From an uncultured Actinomycetes bacterium (GTDB lineage: Bacteria; Actinomycetota; UBA4738; HRBIN12), in contig CAVPIB010000007.1 in NCBI GenBank assembly GCA_963704885.1, forward strand, positions 160,001 to 224,000: a DNA stretch of 64,000 nucleotides, read 5' to 3'. The notes below the pieces were generated by a model. The model was given only the letters and a program-made list of their open reading frames with translations. It was not told the DNA's origin and did not search any database. Below, one piece after another: positions 18,622-26,835 of this stretch (position 1 is its first letter; each line of letters opens with the position of its first letter). Position numbers and translations under genes: made by a program.

Positions 18622-19104
18622 TCAGTTGAAGACCTGCAGCGTGACCCAGTAGAGGCCGTCCACGTGGACGACGCCCAAGCCCACGTGACGGAACCTGGGA
18701 TCGAGCAGGATGCGGCGGGTGCTCCGACCTCGGAGCCAGGCGTTGCGGATCCCACGGAGGCCACGCCCCTTGCCTATGTTCTCCCCGAAGGCGGTGCCGC
18801 CCACGGCGCTGATCAGCTCGGCGAGGTTCGGCGTGTGCGTCAGCTCGTTCCTACTTGCCATCCGTCGAGCGTGAGCGTGGGCCGCTCGGCTCAACCGGAC
18901 GCTGACCTCCAGGCGCGGTAGTCCCCTGATACCACGGGAGCGGTTGACCAACCTGAGCACCTTGTCGGCCAGCTCGGCATCGGACGGGCGTCTTTGAGAG
19001 ACGTTCGGTCGCGCCTCGACCGAGGGCGCTGCGAACGTAGCGGTCAGGGTCGCGCCGAGGGCAAGAAGCACGACTAAACGCGAACGCGTTCGGGGGGTGG
19101 TCAT
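18622..19104 (-). CDS. Secreted CAP (SCP/PR-1) domain protein
   Basis: Signal peptide; LVNRSR..GL, HARRMA, GENIG, ILLDPRFRHVGLGV. Confidence 0.85.
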   Translation of the reverse strand: MTTPRTRSRLVVLLALGATLTATFAAPSVEARPNVSQRRPSDAELADKVLRLVNRSRGIRGLPRLEVSVRLSRAAHAHARRMASRNELTHTPNLAELISAVGGTAFGENIGKGRGLRGIRNAWLRGRSTRRILLDPRFRHVGLGVVHVDGLYWVTLQVFN

Positions 19105-19150
19105 GTCAGCGGGAGCCTATCGCTTCGCCCGGCTCCGTGGCCAGGCGGGG

Positions 19151-19609
19151 TCAGCCGTACAGCTGGAGCGTGACCCAGAGCCATCCCGCCGACTTCACGA
19201 CGCCGATCGCGGCCCACCGGAACGAGGGGTTCAACAGGTTCACGCGGTGGTCGTGGCTGTTCATCCAGAGCCGCTCCACCCGGCGCAGGGTGTCGGCGTA
19301 CGCCACGTTCTCGCCCCACACCCTGGCGTCATACGGCTGCACCAGCGATCCGATGTTCGACGTGTGGAACAGCGCGTAACGCCGGCCCATCTCAACGCTG
19401 TGACGCCAGGCCTCGCGCGATAATTGGCCGTTCAACCGCAGGGTTTGAAGCCCATGTGAGCTGCGGGTCCCGTTGACCAACAGCAGCATCTCGGTGCGGA
19501 ATCGCTCCGATCGGCTGTCGGCCACGGCGGGTTGCGCCGTGAACGCCAGGAGGGTGATGAGTAGGAGGGAGGCGGCCAGGAACCGCAGGAGCCGCCGACC
19601 GTCGATCAT
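19151..19609 (-). CDS. Secreted CAP domain protein (tandem paralogue)
   Basis: Signal peptide; HSVEM, GENVA, WMNSHDHRVNLLNP. Confidence 0.88.
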   Translation of the reverse strand: MIDGRRLLRFLAASLLLITLLAFTAQPAVADSRSERFRTEMLLLVNGTRSSHGLQTLRLNGQLSREAWRHSVEMGRRYALFHTSNIGSLVQPYDARVWGENVAYADTLRRVERLWMNSHDHRVNLLNPSFRWAAIGVVKSAGWLWVTLQLYG

Positions 19610-19655
19610 GCCGAAGGAGCCTATCGACGGAGCTCCGAGGTCGCAAACGCCCCGG

Positions 19656-19967
19656 TCAGGCTGGTGTTCGGGACTTCGAACGCCTCTTGCGAGGCGTGAG
19701 CGAGCGCCCAACCAGGTGGACGGTGACGGCTATCAGGACCACGAACATCGAGGTCAGGAGCACGAACCCGACCACGATCGTGACCGGGTTCTGGCCCGCG
19801 CCGGGTCCGATCGCGCGAACGATCGCGTAGATGGTCATGAACAGGTAGAGCACCACGATGACGACGAAGGACAACGTCGTGAAGAACGTGACCAGCACGC
19901 CGGCAACCGCCAGGCCGACGCCCTTGGATCCCTCGGAAGCGGTAGATGCGGATCGTCGTTTCGGCAC
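19656..19967 (-). CDS. Small two-TM hypothetical membrane protein
   Basis: Two strongly hydrophobic segments with basic ends. Confidence 0.6.
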   Translation of the reverse strand: MPKRRSASTASEGSKGVGLAVAGVLVTFFTTLSFVVIVVLYLFMTIYAIVRAIGPGAGQNPVTIVVGFVLLTSMFVVLIAVTVHLVGRSLTPRKRRSKSRTPA

Positions 19968-20066
19968 GACGGCAGTCTAGCCTCGGATGCTCGTTGCAGC
20001 TGGTTCAAGTGGGGCCCGTACCAACCGATGTTCTATGGGTACGGATCTACCTCTAGGAGCGTTGCG

Positions 20067-20786
20067 ATGCAGGTCGAAGAGCGCAAGGCGTGTCCGTCGT
20101 GCGGCACAGAGAACCCCGGGACCGTCGACTTCTGCTGGAAGTGCTACACGGCGTTCGCTGCGCCGGCACCGGTGCGTCAAGGGATGACGGTGCGTCCGGG
20201 AACAGACATGCCTCTTCCTCCATCCGTGCCGCCTCCGTCGCGGATCCCAGGTCCCACGAAGACGACCGGGGCTCCGCTGATCGCGCGCGTCGTGGTTGGC
20301 CTGTTCGCGGCCCTCCTGGGCATGTACGGGGTGCGCCTCCTGTTCGACAGGGGACCTTCGCTCCCGGATCGGATGGCTGGCCAACCGCGTTTGTCCACGC
20401 AGGAGATCCGGGACTTCGAGGAGCAGATGGCGGAGGAAGCCGAGGGCTACGACCTTAAGGTGGCCGCGGCCGCCTACGGGACCGGCGCTACGCCTGCGTT
20501 CCTGGTGATGCTGGTGGAGGGTCGCGCGATAGAGACTACGGACCAGCTGTTCGACTCGCTCGTCCAGGGGATGGCGCAGGGCGGAGCCACCGTGAACGAG
20601 AGCGCGACCGACAGCGGCGAGCGCGACGGGACCGAGTACCGGTGCGTTCCGTTCTCCGGCCAGGGCGTCACCGCCGCAGCGTGTATGTGGCGTGACGATG
20701 GCACGGTTGGGATCGTTGTCGACCTGAGCGCCGGTCTCGATGAGACGCGAGAGCTCCTGTTCACCGTGCACGCCACCGTCACCTGA
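20067..20786 (+). CDS. Zinc-ribbon membrane protein
   Basis: CPSCGTEN...FCWKC, Pro-rich linker, one TM, extracytoplasmic domain. Confidence 0.75.
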   Translation: MQVEERKACPSCGTENPGTVDFCWKCYTAFAAPAPVRQGMTVRPGTDMPLPPSVPPPSRIPGPTKTTGAPLIARVVVGLFAALLGMYGVRLLFDRGPSLPDRMAGQPRLSTQEIRDFEEQMAEEAEGYDLKVAAAAYGTGATPAFLVMLVEGRAIETTDQLFDSLVQGMAQGGATVNESATDSGERDGTEYRCVPFSGQGVTAAACMWRDDGTVGIVVDLSAGLDETRELLFTVHATVT

Positions 20787-20862
20787 GACGCACTCGCTCA
20801 GGGCGACCGGATCAGCCTGCTCTTCGGCGTTCGAGGATCCAGCCGCGCGATACATTCACCGG

Positions 20863-21228
20863 ATGCCTGTCGTGCATGTCCGTGCGCTACGGCCCCCCGG
20901 CGGGGGCAAGCAGATCGATCGCACCCTCCGCGGGATATCGGTCGACGTGTCCCACGCCCTGGACGCCGATACGAGCGGCACCTGGTGCACGTTCGCCGCG
21001 CTCGACCGGCAGTCGATCGGTGAAGAGGTCGTAGGGCTCGATCGACAGATCGTCTACCTCGACCTGTGGATCCGGTCGCGGGGTCCGGAGCTCGACGGCC
21101 GAGTGTTGGCGGCCGCCTGTGCCGCCGCGGCGCGGGAGCTCGCGGCTCCGCTGGAGGATGTGTGGGGAACCCTTCGTCACGCGGAACCCGGCCGGGTGTT
21201 CGCCGGTGGTGGGTCGCTCGAGGATTGA
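20863..21228 (+). CDS. Hypothetical protein, possible tautomerase/MIF fold
   Basis: Starts MPVVHV (Pro-1 after Met removal), apparent two-fold beta-alpha-beta pattern. Confidence 0.55.
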   Translation: MPVVHVRALRPPGGGKQIDRTLRGISVDVSHALDADTSGTWCTFAALDRQSIGEEVVGLDRQIVYLDLWIRSRGPELDGRVLAAACAAAARELAAPLEDVWGTLRHAEPGRVFAGGGSLED

Positions 21229-21261
21229 CGGCGGAGGCGGCTGGCGTCAGGAGGCTGTCCA

Positions 21262-22434
21262 TTGAGTGGAGGTGGTTCGTCGGTGCAACGTCCGTCGCTC
21301 GCCGAGTGGCAGTTGGCGCCTTTCAATAGGTGGAGCTTCTGGCACGTCCGCGAGCTGATCCCGACCGAGCGGATCGCCCGAGGCGACGGGCCCGTGGTCG
21401 AACTACCGCCTGAGGACCGCGATGTGGTCTCCACGCCGTTCGAACACGCGGACCGCGCCCACACCATCGCGTCGATGTTGGAGGACACGTTCACAGATGC
21501 CTTCTTGGTGGTGCATCGGGGGGCGTTGGTGCACGAGTGGTACGCGCCCGGGGGCGGCCCCGACCAGCCACATCTGCTGATGAGCGTGTCGAAGTCGCTC
21601 ACGTCTGCGCTGGTGGGTGCGCTCGCCGACCAGGGTCGGTTGGATCCTGAGGCGGCGATCACTGATGTCGTCTCAGACCTGCAGGCAACATCGTTCGAAG
21701 GGGCAACCGTTCAGCAACTGCTCGATATGCGGACCGGAACCCGGTTCGCCGAGGACTACGACGACCCCACCTCGGACGCACCGGTGCTGGACCGGGTAGC
21801 GGGCTGGGCTCCGGCTAACGGGGAGGAGCCAGCCGAGCTCCACGGCTACATCGCGTCGCTGGAGAACGACCAGGAGCACGGGGGAGCGTTCCGGTACCGC
21901 TCGGTGCTGACGGACCTGCTGGGATGGGTGGTGGAGGAGGCCGGCCAGGCGCGGTTCGCCGAGCTCTTCTCGCGTGAGATCTGGTCCAAGCTCGGATGCG
22001 AGCAGGATGCTGACATCACCCTGGATCCGGGCGGCAACGCGTTCACCGATGGAGGGATCTGCACGACCGCCCGCGACCTGGCCCGATTCGGGTTGCTCTT
22101 CCTAGGGCGAGGTGAACTCGCCGACCGGCGCGTCCTGAGCGACGGTTGGGTGCAGAGGATCCTCACGCCCAACCCGGAGCTGGTGGATGCGTTCCGAGGG
22201 GCGCCCGACCTCGCCTACATGCCAGGCGGCTTCTACCACGACTGCTGGTGGATCCGCGATGACAAGGGCATCTACGCGGGGGAGGGGATCCACGGCCAGC
22301 TCGTGTACGTACACGCGCCGTCGGAGACGGTCGTGGTGAAGTTCTCCACCTGGCCCAGGGCCTGGATGGACGACATGGCGTCTCTCACGGAGGCTGGGGT
22401 CGCCGCCATGTGTCAGGCGCTCTCCGGCCGATAG
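21262..22434 (+). CDS. Beta-lactamase-family serine hydrolase (NylB/6-aminohexanoate-dimer hydrolase-like)
   Basis: WQLAPFNRWSF, HLLMSVSKS (SxxK), LLDMRTG, FRYRS, GIHGQ. Confidence 0.88.
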   Translation: MSGGGSSVQRPSLAEWQLAPFNRWSFWHVRELIPTERIARGDGPVVELPPEDRDVVSTPFEHADRAHTIASMLEDTFTDAFLVVHRGALVHEWYAPGGGPDQPHLLMSVSKSLTSALVGALADQGRLDPEAAITDVVSDLQATSFEGATVQQLLDMRTGTRFAEDYDDPTSDAPVLDRVAGWAPANGEEPAELHGYIASLENDQEHGGAFRYRSVLTDLLGWVVEEAGQARFAELFSREIWSKLGCEQDADITLDPGGNAFTDGGICTTARDLARFGLLFLGRGELADRRVLSDGWVQRILTPNPELVDAFRGAPDLAYMPGGFYHDCWWIRDDKGIYAGEGIHGQLVYVHAPSETVVVKFSTWPRAWMDDMASLTEAGVAAMCQALSGR

Positions 22435-22445
22435 GCTCGGGCACG

Positions 22446-22652
22446 ATGGAAGAGGTCGAGGCGGAGGTCGTAGAGGTCAAGCCGTTCGACCTGCACGGCG
22501 TGCGCTACCACGACGTGACCATCGCCTACCCGGACCGAACCGTCGACAACGCACGCCTGGGTCCAGAGGGCGTACCCGCGGAGCTCAGTGTCGGCGAGAC
22601 GGTGATCGCGACCAAAGTCATGAACATGGTTGTGTCCCTCCGACGCCCTTAG
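22446..22652 (+). CDS. Small hypothetical protein (OB-fold-like)
   Basis: 68 aa beta-rich ORF downstream of the hydrolase with typical codon use. Confidence 0.6.
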   Translation: MEEVEAEVVEVKPFDLHGVRYHDVTIAYPDRTVDNARLGPEGVPAELSVGETVIATKVMNMVVSLRRP

Positions 22653-22820
22653 TCGGCAGCGGCGATCCCGCGCGCAACCCGATCGCAGGTCGGCGGCACG
22701 CCGTGCGATAGGCTTCCGTGTTCTCGTGATCGGCATCGCACTCCTCCACACGTTCCCGAAGACGTTCTGATCGGGCGCCCAGGCGTCCGAGTGACCGGCA
22801 CTCGTCAGCTCCTCGACCCG

Positions 22821-23474
22821 CTAGTCGAGCCCCATGAGCCGACGGGCGATGGCGACCGCGTTCACCGCGTCCTCGCCGTAGGCGTCCGCTCCCACCTGCT
22901 CAGCCCAGGTCGGCGTCACGGGCGCGCCCCCAACCAGGATCTTCACCTGGGAGCGCAGGCCCGCGGCTTCCAGGGCCCGGATCGTTTCGCCCTGGGCGGG
23001 CATCGTCGTCGTGAGGAGTGCGGATAGTCCCACCAGGTCGGCGTGCACGTCGCGGACCGCCTCGACGATGGCTGCCGGGGCCACGTTGACGCCCAGGTCG
23101 ACCACGCGGAACCCGTGCGCGGACAGGATCGTCCCGACCAGGCTCTTGCCTATGTCGTGGACGTCGCCCCGGACGGTTGCGAGCACCACCGTGCCGTGTT
23201 GCTCTCGTGAGGTCCCGCTCTTCACCATCTCGGGCTCGAGCACCGCGATGGCGGTCTTCATGGCGCCGCCGGCCATGACCAGCTCCGGCAGGAACGCCAG
23301 TCCGGCCCCGAACGAGTCACCGACCTCGGTCATGCCCGGTAGGTAGCCCTCGTTGATCGCCTCGAGCGGGTCGATCCCCGCCTCCAGGGAACGCACCGCG
23401 AGCTCGGCTGCGACCTCCGCGTCTCCGTCCAGGATGCTCCGTGTCATGGACTCGAACAGCTCGTCAGCCTGCAT
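22821..23474 (-). CDS. Cobalamin-binding corrinoid protein (MttC/MtbC-like)
   Basis: Cap domain FLPELV, DVHDIG (DxHxxG), SALLTTTM, VGGAPV. Confidence 0.93.
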   Translation of the reverse strand: MQADELFESMTRSILDGDAEVAAELAVRSLEAGIDPLEAINEGYLPGMTEVGDSFGAGLAFLPELVMAGGAMKTAIAVLEPEMVKSGTSREQHGTVVLATVRGDVHDIGKSLVGTILSAHGFRVVDLGVNVAPAAIVEAVRDVHADLVGLSALLTTTMPAQGETIRALEAAGLRSQVKILVGGAPVTPTWAEQVGADAYGEDAVNAVAIARRLMGLD

Positions 23475-23578
23475 CCAACGACTCTGTGAGTGAGTGTCTG
23501 CCACTGATAGGACCCTTCGACCCTGCACGACAGGGCCCTCGGTCCCTGCTCATGCCAGCCTGCCGCGGTCAGCATCCG

Positions 23579-25024
23579 GTGGACGTGACGACGCTACGTC
23601 TGCTCGCCGACGGCGATCTCGACCGGGTTCACGACGCCGCCCTCCGCGTGCTATCCGAGGTCGGGGCCCGGATCATGACCGAGGAGGGGCGGGCGCTCCT
23701 CGTCGATCACGGCGGCACCCTTGAGAGTGATGTCGTCCGGATCCCGTCCGAGCTCGTCGAGCGGGCGCTGGAGACGGCGCCCTCCCGGTTCGCGATCTTC
23801 GACCGCGGCGGCGAGCCTGCGTTGCACCTGGGGGAGGGCAACGTCTACGTCGGAGCCGGCGTCACGAACCTGAACTACCTGGATCCGCGCACCGGCGAGG
23901 TCGAGGACTTCAGCCTCCGCGCGACGGCCGAGTCGACCCGCCTGGCCGACGCGCTCGCCCACATCGACTTCGTCGCGACGCCCGGCGTGACCCGGCCCTC
24001 GGACGAGCTGCCGCTCCACATCGTGAACCAATGCGAGTTCGTGGAGATGGTGACGAACACGACGAAGCCGCTCATGGTGCTGATCGCGGGTGGCCCCGAG
24101 CTCAGCGACATCTACGACATGGCCGAGCTGGTTGCCGGCGGCCCCGACGCCTTGCGGGAGCGGCCGTTCGTCGTGCCCTACCTGAACTCCGTCTCCCCGT
24201 TGACCTTCAACCCGGAGACCGTGGACAAGCTGTTCGTGGCGGCCGACCGGGGGCTGCCCGTGTGCTGCCAGGCGGCTCCACAGGTGGGCGCCACCGGCCC
24301 GGCGACGATCGCCGGCACGCTGGTGATCTCCGCGGCCGAGACGCTGTTAGGACTGGTGCTCGCCCAGCTCCGCGCGCCCGGCGTCCCGTTCATCAGCGGA
24401 ACGGTTCCGTTCCTGATGGACATGCGCAGCGGCAGCGTCACGACGGGGGGTCCCGACGGCTTCCGGTTCATGGTCGCGATGGGACAGCTCTGCCGCCGTT
24501 GGGGGCTCCCGTCGGTCGGCATGAGTTTCGGTGGCGACTCGAAGCAGATGGACGAGCAGGCAGCGCTCGAGGCAGCCTTCTACGGGCTCGGGGCTACGCT
24601 CGGCGGTGTCGACCTCGTCTTCGACGCGGGGTGCATCGAGGGGGGATTGCTCTTCTCGCCCGAGCTGCTCGTGATCGCCGACGAGCTCGTCGACATGTCC
24701 CGGAAGGCGACGACGCCCTTCGAGGTGAGCGGGGAGGCGATCGCCCTCGACACGATCGCCGCGGTCGGGCCGGGAGGGCAGTTCCTGGGCGAACGCCACA
24801 CGCGCGAGCGCTTCCGAGATCTCTGGCTACCCTCCGTGCTGTCGTGGGAGTCACGAGTGACTTGGACGGCCGCCGGCTCGACGACGCTGCGCGAGCGAGC
24901 CAGGGCGAAGGTCTTCGAGGTCTGGGAAGGGCACTTCGTTGAGCCGCTGCCCGAAGACGTGCTTCAGGGGATGCAGGCCATAGTCGAAGCTCGCCGCGCA
25001 GCGCCACCCGAGGTCGAGCTTTAG
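23579..25024 (+). CDS. Trimethylamine:corrinoid methyltransferase (MttB) superfamily protein, non-pyrrolysine
   Basis: HDAALRVLSEVG, SPL, GATGPATIAGTL...AE, MDMRSG, DSKQMDEQA, VGPGGQFL..HT; no in-frame TAG; start approximate. Confidence 0.9.
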   Translation: MDVTTLRLLADGDLDRVHDAALRVLSEVGARIMTEEGRALLVDHGGTLESDVVRIPSELVERALETAPSRFAIFDRGGEPALHLGEGNVYVGAGVTNLNYLDPRTGEVEDFSLRATAESTRLADALAHIDFVATPGVTRPSDELPLHIVNQCEFVEMVTNTTKPLMVLIAGGPELSDIYDMAELVAGGPDALRERPFVVPYLNSVSPLTFNPETVDKLFVAADRGLPVCCQAAPQVGATGPATIAGTLVISAAETLLGLVLAQLRAPGVPFISGTVPFLMDMRSGSVTTGGPDGFRFMVAMGQLCRRWGLPSVGMSFGGDSKQMDEQAALEAAFYGLGATLGGVDLVFDAGCIEGGLLFSPELLVIADELVDMSRKATTPFEVSGEAIALDTIAAVGPGGQFLGERHTRERFRDLWLPSVLSWESRVTWTAAGSTTLRERARAKVFEVWEGHFVEPLPEDVLQGMQAIVEARRAAPPEVEL

Positions 25025-25153
25025 GCGGACCCCGGACCTCGACCATCACCGGTCTACGGAGGTGTGCAGTCGGTCGGGTGAGGGTGGCCGCTTCCGGCTC
25101 CGGGACCTCGTCCGGCCCTTGTCGTTGGCGCTGGCGCCCCGCAAGATGCCCCG

Positions 25154-26368
25154 ATGGCAGCCTCCAGTGACCGTCAGCGCTTAGCGACCTCTCGGTTCCT
25201 GCATGCGCCAGAGGGGCAGTCCGTCGCATTCGTCGAGCTGTTCTTCGACCTCGTGTTCGTGTTCGCCGTCACTCGGGTGACGACCGTCACGGCGGAACAC
25301 CTCGACCTGCCACAGGTCGGTAGGGCGGTGTTGATCTTCTGGCTGATCTGGTGGGCGTGGACGCAGTTCACTTGGACGCTGAACCCCGCTGACACGACGC
25401 ATGTCGTGGTGCAGGTGGTCACCTTGCTGGCGACGGCCGCCGCGTTCGTGATGGCCTCCTCGGTATCGCTGGCCTTCGGTGACGAAGCGTTGTGGTTCGC
25501 GATCCCCTACGTCGTGGTCCGCGCACTGGGACTGGGGCTCCAGGTGCGCATCGCCGCCGAAGACGAACAGGGCACGGTCGGCGGGGCTCCGCGGTCGTCT
25601 CGACAGGTCATGCGGTGGGTGGGCCTGTCTTTCCTCGGTCTGGTCGCGGTCCTCGCGGGCGCGTTCGTCCAACCGCCCGGGCGAACATGGATCTGGGTGC
25701 TTGCGATCGCACTCGACCTGCTGGCCGCCACGATCGGTGCCAGGTCCGAAGACCCGTGGGACATCGGCGCCGCGCACCTTTCGGAGCGCCATGGATTGTT
25801 CGTCATCATCGCGCTCGGCGAGTCGTTGATCATCGCTGGCACGGCCGCCGCGAACGAATCGCGATCGCTCGACCTCGTGGGCTTGGCCGGGGCAGGGCTG
25901 GCCGTCGTGGGGCTGCTCTGGTGGAGCTATTTCGCCTGGTTCAAGGACGACCTCGAGGCCGCCTTCGAAGCTGTCGCGCCCGCCGACCGTGGGGCCGCTG
26001 CTCGCGACGCATACAGCCTGGCGCACTTCCCGCTGGTGGGGGGCATCGTGGGCTTCGCGATCGCCGCCGATCTGATGGTGTTGCACCCCGCCGACCCCGT
26101 GGAAGCCTCGGTGATGGCCGCGCTCGGGATCGGCACCACCCTGTTCATGAGCGCCACGGTCCTGTCCTACTGGCGCCTGCACCGACGGGTGCTGGTGCCG
26201 CGGCTGGTCATCACCCTGGTGGCCGCTGGCGCGCTCGCGTTGGTCGTCGGCGCTTCACCGGTCTGGCCACTCACGATCGTGGCCGTGGGCCTCGCCGCGG
26301 TTGCATTCGCCGAACGGGGTCGGTTGCCAGGGCGTCGCTCTGCCTCGGATCCGCCCCACGCCGCGTAG
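25154..26368 (+). CDS. ltrA: Low temperature requirement protein A family
   Basis: ELFFDLVFVFAV, WWAW, HLSERHGLFVIIALGES, LWWSYF. Confidence 0.9.
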   Translation: MAASSDRQRLATSRFLHAPEGQSVAFVELFFDLVFVFAVTRVTTVTAEHLDLPQVGRAVLIFWLIWWAWTQFTWTLNPADTTHVVVQVVTLLATAAAFVMASSVSLAFGDEALWFAIPYVVVRALGLGLQVRIAAEDEQGTVGGAPRSSRQVMRWVGLSFLGLVAVLAGAFVQPPGRTWIWVLAIALDLLAATIGARSEDPWDIGAAHLSERHGLFVIIALGESLIIAGTAAANESRSLDLVGLAGAGLAVVGLLWWSYFAWFKDDLEAAFEAVAPADRGAAARDAYSLAHFPLVGGIVGFAIAADLMVLHPADPVEASVMAALGIGTTLFMSATVLSYWRLHRRVLVPRLVITLVAAGALALVVGASPVWPLTIVAVGLAAVAFAERGRLPGRRSASDPPHAA

Positions 26369-26431
26369 GCCGTCGACGGGTCACCGCCGATGGAGCCACG
26401 TCTCCGACCTTGGATCAGGCTGTGGTCCGGA

Positions 26432-26704
26432 TCACTTCTGGTGCCAGATGAACGTGTCCCACTGGACGCCTTCTGTGCCAGCAGCAGCGTTCATCTCGTC
26501 ACCGTACTTCTCCGAGGCCGCATGCATCGCGTCGTGCGAATCCCACTCGCTGATCAGCGACATCTGGGATGGATCGGCCTCGCTTTGGAGCGTGCGCCGG
26601 TTCCGCGCCCCCATCTCATCCATCAAAGGCCCGAACTTCTCCGCCGCTGCGATGAAGCGATCCACGTCGGGAACCTTCACCGACATCTGAACTAGAACTG
26701 CCAT
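26432..26704 (-). CDS. Small dimeric alpha-beta barrel (ABM-like) protein
   Basis: GGAGG/GGAG RBS before ATG 26704; LISEWDSHDA pattern. Confidence 0.7.
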   Translation of the reverse strand: MAVLVQMSVKVPDVDRFIAAAEKFGPLMDEMGARNRRTLQSEADPSQMSLISEWDSHDAMHAASEKYGDEMNAAAGTEGVQWDTFIWHQK

Positions 26705-26835
26705 TTCTCCACCTCCTGTTCCACCCATGATGAACCTATACCGCGATCTGCGACAGCCTCCTTCGGAGCGGAAACGCCGGAAAAGGGGCGACTCGGTCAG
26801 CCGCACCCTTCCGGGTCGTACGCGAACCTCGCCGC

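Noticed and set aside
19113-19626. Shared CGATAGGCTCC upstream of both CAP genes as a sigma28 site
   Set aside because: Explained by an ordinary TAGGCT -10 hexamer retained after tandem duplication; no TAAA-like -35 at the right spacing.
23579-25024. Pyrrolysine read-through in the MttB gene
   Set aside because: The frame is open to a terminal TAG at the expected protein length; there is no internal amber codon and no pyl genes in the window.
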